A DNA stretch of 64,000 nucleotides from Octopus sinensis (lineage: Eukaryota), in contig NC_042998.1 of the NCBI RefSeq assembly GCF_006345805.1, forward strand, positions 126,170,001 to 126,234,000, read 5' to 3'. Below, one piece after another: positions 1-12,970 of this stretch; the stretch's first letter is position 1; every line of letters begins with the position of its first letter. Under the pieces are notes generated by a model that ran no database searches, was not told the origin of the DNA, and was given only the letters and a program-made list of their open reading frames with translations. The translations under genes were made by a program, and so were the position numbers.

Positions 1-368
1 CTAGGTGGCTGGTAGGTTTCCTGAAGTTAGTGTTGCAAATCATAAGATTATTTGCATCGCAGAACTCCAGCAGCCTGGTTCCCTCCTTGTTGCGGGAGCC
101 ATAGCCATAGCCTCCATGTACGCCATGGAAGCCCCCAGCATGTCGTCCAACGTGACCATTGAAGTCACCAGCCACAAAGATAAGGTCTCTGTCGTTCGTC
201 AACGAGGTAGTCTGCAGTAGAGTGTCATAGAATTGGTCTTTCTGTCCATCGGGTAGCCCCGACTGAGGAGCATAGGCTGATATAATGGTTGCTAAACTAT
301 GATGAAGCACTAATCTAATCTTAAGTATTCTGTCACATACTCTGATTACCTCAATTACTTTATCTACC
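1..368 (-). mobile_element. RTE endonuclease-region fragment, 5'-truncated here and continuing beyond the window start
   Basis: Aligns by eye to 22395-22762 of the full-length element; ends at a (TA)n tract. Confidence 0.92.
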
Positions 369-388
369 CTATATATATATATATATAA

Positions 389-678
389 TTTGGGTGAAAT
401 CCATTGAAATTGGTTTGTGCCAGTGGAACATAAAAAGCACCATCCAAACGTGGCCGATGCCAGCGCCACCTCGACTGGCTTATGTGCCGGTGGCACATAA
501 AAAGCACCCACTATACTGGTGGAGTGGTTGGCATTAGGAAGGGCATCCAGCTGTAGAAACACTGCCAGATCAGATTGGAGCCTGGTACAGCCTCCTGGCT
601 TCCCAGACCCCAGTCGAACCGTTCAACCCATGCTAGCATGGAAAACGGACGTTAAACGATGATGATGATGATGATGAT
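389..678 (+). mobile_element. RTE 3'-UTR fragment with (GAT)n tail
   Basis: Homologous to the reverse complement of 19148-19420; flanked by TA tracts. Confidence 0.9.
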
Positions 679-1436
679 ATATATATATATATATACATAT
701 ACATAAAAACCTATACATAAAATAATGTAATAAAAAATACACAATGTTTGAAAGAGAAAAGAATTTGGATGGTTATTGCAGCAACACCTACAGTTCTGCT
801 CAATCAAGGGTGACTCAGAGTTAAACAATGATGACAATATAGAGAATGACAAAATATTGTTGGTGGTAGGAAAATTTATAAATATCCTGGGGAGGATACA
901 AATTGATAATAGAGTAACACACCTACTGACATGATTTCAATTAGATACTAGGTGACGTATTACCAATCCCATAACAGCCTACATGTTACATATTCGCAGA
1001 ATTATTAGGTGTTGAATTTAAAACAAAAATAAAAAGAACAAAATTACAATGAAATGAAAAGAAGAAATAAAAGACTTTCAAAAAAAGTCGAATCAGCTTT
1101 CCCCTATCTCCAACAGAATATCAAGAATAAAACTTATAAAAAAGAGCAAAACAGACTGATTGGTAAGATTTGAACCACATATCTATCATGTATCAGGTGA
1201 CTGCAATACCAGTTACATAACAGATGACCTACTAGTCACTCTTCCTCAAATTAGGAACTTAAATGTTTTCAATTTATTTTTTTAGATGTGCAACATTCTT
1301 CTCAACAAGATAACTTAATAGCAAAATATGTTAAACTATATATGTATATATAGAGGTGCAGGCAAAGCTATGTGGTCAACCAGCTAGCTTTGTAAACACA
1401 CAGTTTCTCATGATGTCAAAGCCATATATATATATA

Positions 1437-1670
1437 TTCTTTTCTTTTACTTGTTTCAGTCATTTGAATGTGGCCATGCTGGAGCAATGCCACGACAGGG
1501 TTTAGTCAAACAAACTGACTCCAGGACTTATTTCTTAAGCCTAGTACTTATGGTCTTCTCTTCTGGTGAACCACTAAGTTACGGGGAGGTAAACACACCA
1601 ACACCGGTTGCCAAGAAGTGATGGGGGGAGGGGGACGAACCCAGACACAAAGATACACACACACATATAT
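1437..1670 (-). mobile_element. tRNA-derived SINE, 3' part (same family as 40441-40823)
   Basis: Shares gcctagtactta and ctaagttacgggga motifs with 40441-40823. Confidence 0.8.
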
Positions 1671-1791
1671 ATAAAAGAAACAGTAACTGGAGCTGAATCA
1701 TGAAGCTTATAGATTACTGAAAAATATAATGGCACAGAGACCATAATAGAAGAAATAGAACAAAGAATCAAGACAAAGGAAGGGAATATGA

Positions 1792-1853
<62 letters not shown>

Positions 1854-2269
1854 GATAAATAAATAGATAGGTATAGCTATCTACAATTAATAAAGCAGTG
1901 TAAACAAAAGGAGATTTTTATGAATAATGAAAGTGAATTTTATCAGCAAATTGTGCTAGAGAATGAGAAAATATAATACAAGATTCTGGTAAATCATTAC
2001 AATCCTGGACACACTTCTGAAGTAACAAACTGAAATATTTATTTAAAAAATTTTTTAGACAAGAGGAAGAGGCAGTGCCAAAGATATTTTTACAGAGCTC
2101 CTGATTCTGGTGGAAAGAGGGAGGAAGGTATCTTCAGCTAGAGATCTGGCATAAATACTTGCAATAAAGTGAACTCTTCTAAACGCACTCAAAGTATTTT
2201 CAGTAGAGTTTCACCTAAGTAGGTCATACCTGGACTGAATTCCGAATGCAAAGAGCCAGAACAAATACA

Positions 2270-2835
2270 AGGCATCCACAGTTCCATATTTAAGAGATGA
2301 GGAATTATGTACATTATTTACATTTGACGGATATCTGTCCTCATCTTGTTTGTTGTTAATACAACGTTGAGTACATGCAGTTTTTAGTAATATTCTCTTC
2401 AGATGGAACTGCAAATGGCTCGCTATCTCCAGTGACCTCACACAGGACCATTGAGCGTGGGCCGACATGGTTCGGGATGCAGTTAGGACCAGAGAAGAAG
2501 CCGGCTCAACCCGCCCTGGGTGAACGCTGTCACAAGTACAAGTAAGTATATTCTCTTCTATTGGTGGTTTTACCCAAAGGAGATATTTGCAAAGTGTTGT
2601 ATTACTCTTCAATACTGTCCTGATGTCATATGGGCTGCATATCTTTTGTATCTTTTCGGAGAGGCCTTTCACATAGGGTAGACAGACTGTAGACAGTTTA
2701 TTGGTTGCATCCTCTCTTTTCTTCATAATTGGAGTAGATAGTATGTTTTTGGGATAGTTGTTGCTTAATAGATTGTTACTGAGCTTGATCATTTCTTCGT
2801 GGTAGGTATCACGATCACTACTTATATTCTTTGCT
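2270..2835 (-). mobile_element. Penelope-like element relic, interrupted by an RTE 3' fragment
   Basis: DTYHEEMIKLSNNLLSNNYP...CLPYVKGLSEKIQKI resembles the PLE thumb-to-GIY-YIG linker; 2270-2375 resembles 34575-34660. Confidence 0.75.
2400..2546 (+). mobile_element. 3' end of a different RTE family with a (CAAGTA)n tail
   Basis: Translates RWNCKWL...AWADMVRDAV...AGSTRPG* followed by caagtacaagtaagta. Confidence 0.7.
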
Positions 2836-3984
2836 CAATGTTTTAGTCACTGAGCAATTCCTCTCTTTACACTGTATGGATGGTGGGAATAGAAGTTAAA
2901 GTGGAAAAGAAATAAGTGTTGTAGGTAGAATTAATGAAAACATTTTAGCATATAATTCGATGGATGATGAGAAATATAACTTCTATTTACACTGGTGTGA
3001 ATCATGGTGGACAGATGATGATTTGCAATGATTTCAGAGGAACAAGTCGAGTATATTTTGTTAGATATGCAGGGCTAACTTAAGAGAATATTTGGAACAA
3101 GAAAATTGAAGAAAGAGATGAGCATCAGAAAAAGTAAGAAAAATAATTGTTAGCATACAGATACAGTATAAACAGATGATTATTTTTCAAGTTGCTCTTT
3201 AGCTCTGGGTCAGCTCTAGTCAAGCAGGCTTATGATGAAAAGCATTTCAACCATAACTAGTCAGTTTTTGTTTTGTCAGATGTAGTGTTAGTTAATAGGT
3301 ACTTTTTTTTTAAAGACAGTAGGTGTGATTTGAGGAAGATTTGGTTGTTATTTCTTGCAGGCTGATGACTGCTTAGAGGTACTCTCAATGACTTGATTTT
3401 TGCATGTTAAAAAAAGGGTGATGTCAGTTGGCAGAAGAAAGAGCTTATCTAAATTTTGTAGGTCAACAGAAATGTTCTACAGTTGAGAATGGTGTAACAT
3501 TAAATGTCAAAAACAGATGTTCTATAGCAGACCCATTCAACCCATGCCAGTATTGGAAAATAGACATTACAACCAGAAGGACGATAGTAGTGATGATGAT
3601 TTTGTACTCTTTGAGAGGAAGAGACGAACCTACTGCCAGAGAAAAACTTTTCCTTTCATGTAGAGAAGAATATTTTTTTTCAACTTTTTGGCTAAGATTC
3701 TCATTGAATTTCTATAGTTGAAAAATTTGGCACAAAATCAAAATCATTAGACGAGATATTTCTGTGTTGTAGGTTGCTCAAAACAACCAAAATAACAACA
3801 CATTCTCGTCATTTGTCTCCGTACCATCTAATTTTTTTCCTCAATAAACGTGTTGAATTTCATTCACGAGTATTCCTCTTTAAACTTTGATTCTTTTTTT
3901 TATGTCTGAGAGTAAAGCTTCTTTTACATCAGCACTGATTTAAAACAGCAAATCAATGTCATTTTATTTAAATTAGTTTGGTTT

Positions 3985-5030
3985 AGTCAAAGGACTGCAT
4001 GCATGGCTTTTGCAGGCTTCCAAGCCCAGCATGATTCGTGCTATTAGCAACACTGCTTGAACTACCAAAAGATGCAGGATAAAAGATGCGTGTGTGATTT
4101 CCAGAGGGATAATATTTTGAAGAATAAGTTCAGAATGAAATAGGAGCTGTGTACAATCAGGTGACGAAAAGTAAAGAAAAAAAATGACTTGAGAGTAACT
4201 GTATGGAGGCGGAATTAGACCAGTCAACTCCTGAGGAGTAGTACTACCATCATTACCACTGTAATACTGGTAGAAAAGGGTAGAGAGAGAAAAGAGAGAG
4301 AGAGAAGAGACAGCATGTGTACATGCCAGAGTCTAGAGTCTATGAGCATTTTCATACCAATCAGTTAAGTAGCCTTTGTTTGGATGAGAGCTAAGACATC
4401 TGTATGTATAACAGCAACATCATTCTAGATGTAGAAGTAATACTCCACTGTGGGCTTTGCCTGAGCTTTAAAGATGAATATTAGTCTTCAATATGCAATC
4501 TTTGCTATGTTGCAAATGTGCGATTGCTAGGAGCATTTGAAGCAAGCAAAAAGGTTCTAGTTGCTGTTTGTGCTTAGAATTGGTGAGATGTGATATTTTC
4601 TTGGTAAGTTCAGCGATTGCTTTTTTTGCTGTTAAATGAGACAAGGCTGGCATTTAAGGTCTTTGTTTATGGAATTGGTGCACATTACGCATAAAGTGTC
4701 TAGGCAGCATGTGGAAAAAAATGTTGGATGTGAATGAAGGATGATACCATCTGCATAGAAGTAGGTATTACATTGATGTAAGTGGGGAGAACATGGGGAC
4801 AGAACTAAAACTCGAAGTACACCAGAATTGAAAGAATGTTGACAGTCAGACTGCATTAGAATATGATAATGCAGTATGAAAAAGAAGCCAACAATCCAAG
4901 AGACAAGTAATGGATGCAATCCTAGGCAAGAGATCAATGTATAAGACATAGTTGAAACCTCTGCTGAGGCTGAGGGCAACAAAAATGCTTTCACCAAATT
5001 TCTAAGGGTGAAAGCTTACTGTTGAGCAAC
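3985..5030 (-). mobile_element. Degenerate CR1/L2-group LINE RT relic
   Basis: ORF 4632-4997 carries decayed RT motifs: KAF, LHPLLVSWI, NSGVLRVLVLSP (GVPQGSVLSP-like), FYADG (YADD-like). Confidence 0.7.
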
Positions 5031-6591
5031 AGAGAATAAATCTGGCTTTATGAAAGCAATGCTATATTAGTCATTAAAGAGGGAGAGACAGTGAAAGTCT
5101 TGGAGAATGTTTCTATCAATTCTGTAATAATGAAAATGAATGTGATAAAGGGGTTACGGCTCATGGGATTTTCAAAGATCAGGATACATCCATGTAGAGA
5201 GGACTGTCATTCAACCTGCTAGAAATGACTGCCAGTTTCTCCTCAAATCCCACTACTATATTAAAATCGGTCATACTATGTCATACTCCTAAAGACAAGA
5301 TAGTTATGGTTGAAATATTTGTGATCATAGGTCTGCTCAGTCAGCATTGACCTGAGACTGACAAACCAGCAGGGAGGTTCTTTGTAGTCACTCAACATGT
5401 TACAAAAGGCAGCTAAATTTGATTCAAGCCACCCACTGCTGTCTTGTAAAAAGAACAGATTTCATAATGTATATCTAGATACACTATGTATGAATAAAAA
5501 TGAGATGTCCATAGCTGGGATGCCTTTGATCATAAGTCTACTTAATCAAAGCTAATCAGGGATTAAATTTAACAATAAAAAACAAGCTTGGATTCAAGTT
5601 AAAAACTTTTATTAGTCATATAAGATGTTAGAGCTCTTATCTATTAGACCATAAGCATGTTGTGTGTGTGTTTGTGTGAGAAACAGACAGAAAGGATAAT
5701 TAAGAAACACCTTTTGTTGTGAACTGAACTGCTTGACTAAGGTTGTAAACAGCTGCTATGTTGTGGACATATGCAAATGGACAACACTCACTGGAAGTAA
5801 AAGTATTGCTTGCTGACAAACGAATTATTCTCAACAGAGAAAGACAATGGGAGACAGTGTGTGATCAGACTTGGAGAAAGTCTGATCACACACTTCCCAC
5901 ATATTGTGTTGGACAAACAAATAAGATAAAGTAGGATCAAGGGGAAGGAAGATTTTCGCTGCTGCAAACAGATCCAACTTATGAGTATGTTAAAAACAAA
6001 ACAAAACAAAATAAAACATTTCAATCTAACCCATGCCAGCAAGAAAAACTAGCAATTCTGATGAAGGACAAATAAATGTGCTTAACTTAGAGGTTAACAA
6101 CCTTTACAGATATATTTGCTACTTCTTAAAAACAACTGAATCATAAGCTAACTGGAAAGCAACTTCTGTCAAGGAATTTTCCACACTCTTGAATAATATA
6201 TCTTGCTTAATATATCATGTATATATATTACTAATATAGTTGGCTAAAGTTGCATTTTAAATGCATAACTCTTTCTCAGCTGCATTTCTATTCCACCCCC
6301 TTTCACACATATTCTGAGACTTTCCTTTGAACATGCACAATTAACAAGCTCTCTTGGCAGGGACCAGCAATCTAACATTTAAAATAATCTCTTCCATTAA
6401 GCCATCATATGTCATGTTATACAAAACCTTAGCTTGACTGTAGCCTTAGCTTGACTAATACCATGCGAGTGGATTTTCATGCATATATATATATATATAC
6501 TTGCATATTTACAAGTGATTGTCTGTGTCTCTTGTTTGTCTGTGTTTACTGGTGTCATGCCAAAAAAGCATAAGTGATTCTATAAATATCA

Positions 6592-6722
6592 TCATCATTT
6601 AACGCTCATTTCCCATGCTGGCATGGGTTAGTTTGACTGGAGCTGGTAAGCCAGAGAGCTGTACCAGGCTCCAGTCATCTCGTTTGGCTTGGTTTCTGTG
6701 GCTGGATGCTCTTCCTAATGCA
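6592..6722 (-). mobile_element. RTE 3'-terminal fragment, one of many (also ~11503-11645, 18280-18418, 19010-19140, 31535-31775, 35757-35975, 49788-49990, 50500-50680, 58965-59122, 63040-63132)
   Basis: Shared catcatttaacg...ccatgctggcatgggttgga...gctggatgcccttcctaa motif, matching the intact RTE's 3' UTR. Confidence 0.85.
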
Positions 6723-7571
6723 ATGGACTGAAATAATACTGGGATCATTACATTGGACTAAAAACCTTGAAGACACAGCCAAGTCCAATGAATAAAATTG
6801 CTAAAATGAATAACCATCCCTCTACCAGTCCTTTTACTTCTAGTTAAAAACCAATGAAAAATAAGTTCATACTTTTAAAAGATATATATCAATATTAAAA
6901 GAACCCTGCTGTTACTATTTATAAAGAATACTGATTTCATTTTTAAACTTCAAAATTTCAGAGAATCTCATCTGCTGAAGAAACTGAACTACCAATCACA
7001 ATAATTTTTTTTTTTTATCTCTTAGTTAATCAGGAGAGCAGGGGAGTGCTAATTTCTTCTACAAACTCTCCTAGACTAGAGGAGAGAGATAACTAGGTGT
7101 GGTTAATGTAACCAGAAGAAGAAATGCTATGTTCATGATCCTTTTCAGAGTTTCAAGAATGGTAGGAGAGAGGGAGAATGTTACCCTTAGAGAGGTGACA
7201 TGAGCCAGATGTTTGTAACTGAGTCTGTCTTAAGCCTACAGAATCACAAAGGCTAGAGTTGACTTGGATTTTAAAAGATGTTTAGGTAACTAAGAGTACA
7301 AAATTCACCATGAAGTGAACACCAGTCTATTGCAGAGTTAACTTACAGCTGGCACAGGTACTCATTTTTAGCTGAATGAAGTGGAGCAATGTAAAACAAA
7401 GAGTTGTAAATGATAGAAAGAACATTTCTATATTCATAAATTACAGAACAATTTTCATCTAATGCTAGACACTAAACATGAGCTCTTACCATGTTTCTAT
7501 TGAAACATAGTCTATTTCAATTAATTTTGAAACTAATTAAGAATTTAGTGAACTAGCTCTGTCATTAAACT

Positions 7572-7937
7572 GGTGAACTGGCAGAATCGTTAGCATGCCG
7601 GGCAAAATGCTTAGCGGTATTTCGTCTGCCGCTACGTTCTGAGTTCAAATTCCGCTGAGATCGACTTTGCCTTTCATCCTTTCGGGGTCGATTAAATAAG
7701 TATCAGTTACGCACTGGGTCAATATAATCGACTTAATCCGTGTCTGTCCTCTCTGTGTTTAGCTCCTTGTGGGTAGTAAAAAAATAGGTATTTTGTCTGT
7801 CTTTATGTTCTGAGTTCGACTTTGCCTTTTAACCTTTTGGTGTCAATAAAGTACCAGTTGCATACCTGAGTCAATCTAATTGACTGGCCCCTTCCCCAAA
7901 AATTTTGGGCCTTGTGCCTAGAGTAAAAGAGACTATT
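7572..7937 (+). mobile_element. tRNA-derived SINE with duplicated Meta-domain-like core
   Basis: A/B-box-like head; tcgactttgcctttcatcctttcggggtcg core occurs twice (~7661 and ~7816) and resembles the MetaSINE domain from memory. Confidence 0.7.
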
Positions 7938-7997
7938 AAACTGGGGTTTGGAGCATAAGTTAACATGGAATTTTGATGGAAGGTTTTTTTTTTAATA

Positions 7998-8138
7998 TTA
8001 GGTTGTCCCAAAAGTTCGTAAACACTTGCGAAAATTGAATTTTTACTCGCCAAGTACTAACAAAAACAACAAAAATTATTCCTCAAAATAAAGACCATTA
8101 TTTTCCAAGACTTTCTACGAACTTTTGGGACAACCTTA
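7998..8138. mobile_element. Tc1/mariner MITE
   Basis: 23-bp TIR ttaggttgtcccaaaagttcgta (1 mismatch); TA on both sides. Confidence 0.9.
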
Positions 8139-8401
8139 TATATCACTTCAGAATAGGAAGATTGTATTAGGGAACCAGAAGCAATATTATGTGGGTTGGT
8201 ATCAGAAGGGTTAAATAATTTGATAAAGTATATCTTCATTGGAACAAGATGACAATTTTTAAAAGAAAGATATAAGCTTTTGAATTTGAATACATAGATT
8301 CCTGACATTTATTTTATTGAATCAGATAAAGAAGCATCACAAGGAAAGAAAAAAAAAATCTACAAGAAAACGATATCTTTAATAAACCTTTCAGTATTTA
8401 A

Positions 8402-8623
8402 CCCTTTAGCATTCAGATTAATCCATCAACTGTAATGCTTATTTATCCACATTATTTTGAATTAATCATGCATTATCTCATAGCTTTGAGATTTTGATAA
8501 TGTGATTATTTATGTTTAAAGTGACATTGTAAAGTAGGTGTGAGAGGCCAGATCAGACCAGTTTGAACAGAAAAACAGATCAAACATTTGGGCCAGATAT
8601 GGCCTGTTTGAATAATAAAAGGG
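8402..8623. mobile_element. piggyBac-type MITE nested in an older inverted copy (~8383-8809)
   Basis: TTAA|CCCTTT ... AAAGGG|TTAA termini. Confidence 0.85.
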
Positions 8624-11600
8624 TTAAACTGGCCACATCTGGCCCAAATATTCTACCTGTTTTATGTTCAAACCAGAACATTGTAGGCCATGTGGCTTCT
8701 CACACCAGCCCTACAATGTCATTCTAAACATAAACAGTCACATCAAAATCTTGAAACAACATGAATGAATAAACATCACAATTGACAGAATAATCGGAAT
8801 GCTAAAGGGTAAATGGTCTATTTCTTTCCTTTATGATATTAAATAAAACATGATATTTTTCACACATGTTATACCATTATATAGCATTGTCAATGTATTC
8901 AAGTCTTGTATTGCCACTTAATAAGCAATTTAAAATATTATTCGTTTCATAACTTCAACAATTATTCATGGAATTGAAATGAAATGTGAAAATTTTTTTC
9001 TAGTAACTTTTGTTTTCTTGTGACCTTATTTCTGTTAAACATTTTATTAACCTTAAAAGGTAAATAAAAAAATGATGGCTTTTTAAAATTTACTCCATAG
9101 TAACACGAATTCAAAGATCAAATTTAAATAAATATTTTTCAAAATGATGTAATTACTAAATTTTTGAATGAAACAGCAATAAACTTGTTTCATAAAAGAA
9201 ATCAAAGAAGCAAAAATAGGACAACAACAATAACTTAAGTGTAGTATCTATGGGAACAACTTCAATACTGTAAAAACAAGTGAAACTTGACCTTCAAAAC
9301 ATTCTAAGTAACATCTTAACAACTAGTATTTGCCAGTACTATACAAAGTATTCTGCATATTGTCATGTTCTGTAGTAATGTGTGTTTATTGTAGTCATTT
9401 GTACATTATGGAAAGTGTATAGGTAACTGCCTGAATTATGTAAATAAAGACTGCTGGGAACAGTGATGGGTATAATGTTTCTATTTTGTTTTTGAGGTTT
9501 GATAGCTTTTCACAAACTTAAATTGTAAAATCTGAATTGAGATAAATTCTTTCCGAATCCTTGAAGATCAATGTTTCTGGATATATATTGTTACATTTGA
9601 TAAGTAATAACGAGGAAATTTTGGTTGAAGTAGTTACAATCAGCATGTCTATAGGAACAACAATCACTGTAGTAGAATCCAAATTCCATAAAGGACACTG
9701 CGAGTAAGTGGGTTGAAAATGCTGATGAGTGAAGCGAAAATTTGCCTAACACAGAAGTGAAATGATTGAGTGGGTAAGTGGCAACCAATCCATTTACTTA
9801 GCAATTAAGAATAAATACCAGATCATCTGAGAAGGTTACTTGTGACAGACAAGTATGCTATCAATGAACAGATTTATCTCATCTGCTTAATACCATGAAA
9901 CTAGAAGTAATCACTTAAAATTTTTAAGAGACATTTACATTTAAAAATCAGATGGTAGGTGGCTTTTATCTGCAGTCCAGAAAGTCTGTATCAAATGTAT
10001 GATTATTATTTAGATATAGGGAATATTGTCCTACATAGTGTTTTTAGTTGATACAAACAATATCTTCTAGCAGTAGTATGTGACTATATTTTGATATTTT
10101 ATTTTCCCAGCTTTTAAATAATCATTTTTAATACAAAAAAACTGGATTTGTAACAGCCACAGCTACACATACAGTTTTGATTTTCATAGTTCAATGTCTC
10201 ACTGGTAATTTAATGCTGTACTGAAACTGCTTACAAAAGGCTGGTTCCCAAATCATCGAATTTCCATGATCATAAACTTTGTAACTCTGAATTCCTTAAA
10301 ATAACTATTATAAAACACTTTATTTGTGGAAATTTATAGTTTGTTCTTGGGATATGTTCACGAATAGATTCTTTTGAATGTTTACATAAAATATTGAATA
10401 TATTTTACTATAAAAGAAATGCTTACAAAATGAAACAAACTTCATAACAGTGCTTTAGTGTCTAGAACCCAAGTTCATCTATTATTAAATATCACTTTTT
10501 TTACACAAAGTCCTATATTTTAAGAGAAAGGAAACTGTATATTGTGATGTTCATGCCTTTCCCAAGAGCATCAACAGTCTCAGGGAAATTAAATGAATTA
10601 AAAGAAAGCTAAATCACAAACACAATATATCTAATTTCTTGTTAGGTTACCACAGCATTAATCACATCCATCTTATTGCTGTAATAAGTGATCTATTTAT
10701 TATTTTGGTCCTGTCTGAATGTTTCATTTCTGCATAACATTTTGCTTTTAAAGTTGGTTATGTAACACTAGCATGCACTTCTTTATTAAGCATAAATATA
10801 AAAGAACAAATATCAGTCTGCACATGATTTATTAATTACTGCAATCAAAATCAGGCTACTGCTTGGTGGGTGAATTAATCTCATTATCATGCACTGGTTA
10901 TCTTTAAAATATTGCTATTCTGTTTTCCTTTGTCTTACAATTCAGTCTCTTTGGTTACTCATGATTTTCTATTACTTTCTATACTATCTGTCTAGTTAAT
11001 GGAATTTTTGTGCCGGGTTTGCTAAAAGTTCGACAATTTCTTGGGCCAAGGTTGTTGATTAGCCCCAGGCCAATGATTAAAGGCATTAAAGTTGTAAGCA
11101 TCCAGTTGTTTTTTGGAATATGTAGGATTATATAATCTAATGTGGCCTTCCTTTCTTTAAGATGAGCATGCTTTGAGGGAGATCTATCTACCATTTCTAG
11201 CAAGCTGAGCAACTATATAGAGGCTCCCTTGTTACAATCTAATTGCCTTTCATTCACTAATTTTATAGATTAGGACCCTGGTAGAGATATATACTTTCAA
11301 AAATTATGCATCACTGCTCTGGTGTGATGTTAATGTCTTGAGATTGAAGACTTTAAATCAAATTGAATAGTAAACACGAACTGTACACCTCACACATAAA
11401 ATGGACTTAAAATTTAAGATGAAGTTGTTTCTAAATGTAGTTTTCCAAAACTGTTGTTGAAAGTATCTATTAAAAAAGATTATATTGCTGGAGCAACCCA
11501 ATCATCATCATCATTTAATGTCTGTTGTCCATGCTGGCATGGGTTGGACAGCTAGCTTGACCTGAGCTGGTAAGCTGCACCTGACTCCAGTCTGATTTGG

Positions 11601-12633
11601 CATGGTTTCTACAGCTGGATGCTCTTCCTAACACCAACCATTTTACAGAGTTTCCAATCATTTTGTATCTATTTGCTTTCTGTGTTACCATGGTTTGGTT
11701 GGGTCTAAGTGTGTACCATTTATTAGTCATCATCTAGCATACACACCAATGAAAACTAGCCAATTTGTGACTGTGTATGTCTTGTTATTTATGTAAAGAA
11801 ACCTTTCTAATCATATCAAATTTATTAAGCTGAAACCTCATTGTTGTATTTTAAATATTTCGAATATAAAGGCTTCTTATTTGAAACTGTCAATATTTTC
11901 CATATTGTGAGGCAAACTATTATTTTAGAAAATGCTTTAAATAAGATAGGATTTGGTGTACAAGAAATGAATTAATGAAAATATATTGTGTTTGGATTTA
12001 TAACTAATAGATTACATATTCAACTTTTCAGAAATTCAGAAGATTTCTTCTAATGGAAGGTACACTACCACTACAAATCACTTATACTTCATGATTTATT
12101 ACTTGGAGGAAGCAATAATATTCAGTAGGGAAAAATAACAGAAAAATAAAAAGAATATATTGTCTACTTTATGCTCACTTATAAGTGTTCAGTGTTACAA
12201 ACTTGGTCAACACATGCAAACAGACAAAAATACAGCGAGGAAGGTTTGTGTTCAAAATGAAAGATTTATATCTAATATATAAATCAAGATACTGAAACTA
12301 AAAATGGTGTTTAGTGTGAAGCTATGACAACGAAAGTTTGTTTTGACCATACTAACATGTTTCTGCATAACAGGCACTTCTCCAGTTGTCTGTCTTGTGT
12401 CACACTTATTTAACTATTTCAAATATAAACTTTTGTTGATGAGTTATCTCTTTTGCATTTGATAAGTGCTGACACTACAATGCAATGGCTACAATATATA
12501 TAACAAAAAATGCCAGCAACTTAACCTTCTCCAAACCATAGCTGTTGACAGCACAGTGCAATGGCTATAACCACTAAATATTATTATTTTAATAGTGTTG
12601 CCTATGACATTAAATAAATGAAAATGACAAGTG

Positions 12634-12970
12634 TAGCTGTGTGGCCAAGGAGCCTGCTTTGTAACCACATGGTTTTGGAATCAATCCCACAGCACAATAC
12701 CTTAGGCAAGCATCTTCTATAGCCCTGGACCAAACAATGCTCTGTGAGTGAATAGATAGAAAGTGTGCAGAAGCCTGTCATATGCATGTATGTATGTGTC
12801 TCCATCCCACTGCTTGACCAGAGTTGGTTTGTTTACATCTTGTAATTTACGGGTTTGACAAAAGATAAGAAACTGATAGAATAAATACTGGGGTCAATTT
12901 GTTCAACTATACCTTTCAAAGTGGTGCTCAAGCATGGCCACAGTTCAGTGACAGAAACAAGTAAAAAAAT
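12634..12970 (+). mobile_element. tRNA-derived SINE (family of 40441-40823), diverged
   Basis: gtagctgtgtgg head, accttaggcaagcatc core, catggccacagt...gaaacaagtaaa tail. Confidence 0.8.

Noticed and set aside
652-1852. ORFs rich in YI/CV repeats (also 43685-43979, 55653-55944)
   Set aside because: Translations of (TA)n/(CA)n microsatellites.
3612-3885. Kolobok-like MITE
   Set aside because: Terminal similarity is weak and only one end has a TTAA-like flank.
9722-9750. CTGATGAG-tgaag-CGAAA hammerhead-like core
   Set aside because: Helix II is 1 bp, the cleavage triplet would be UUG, and there is no helix I pairing.
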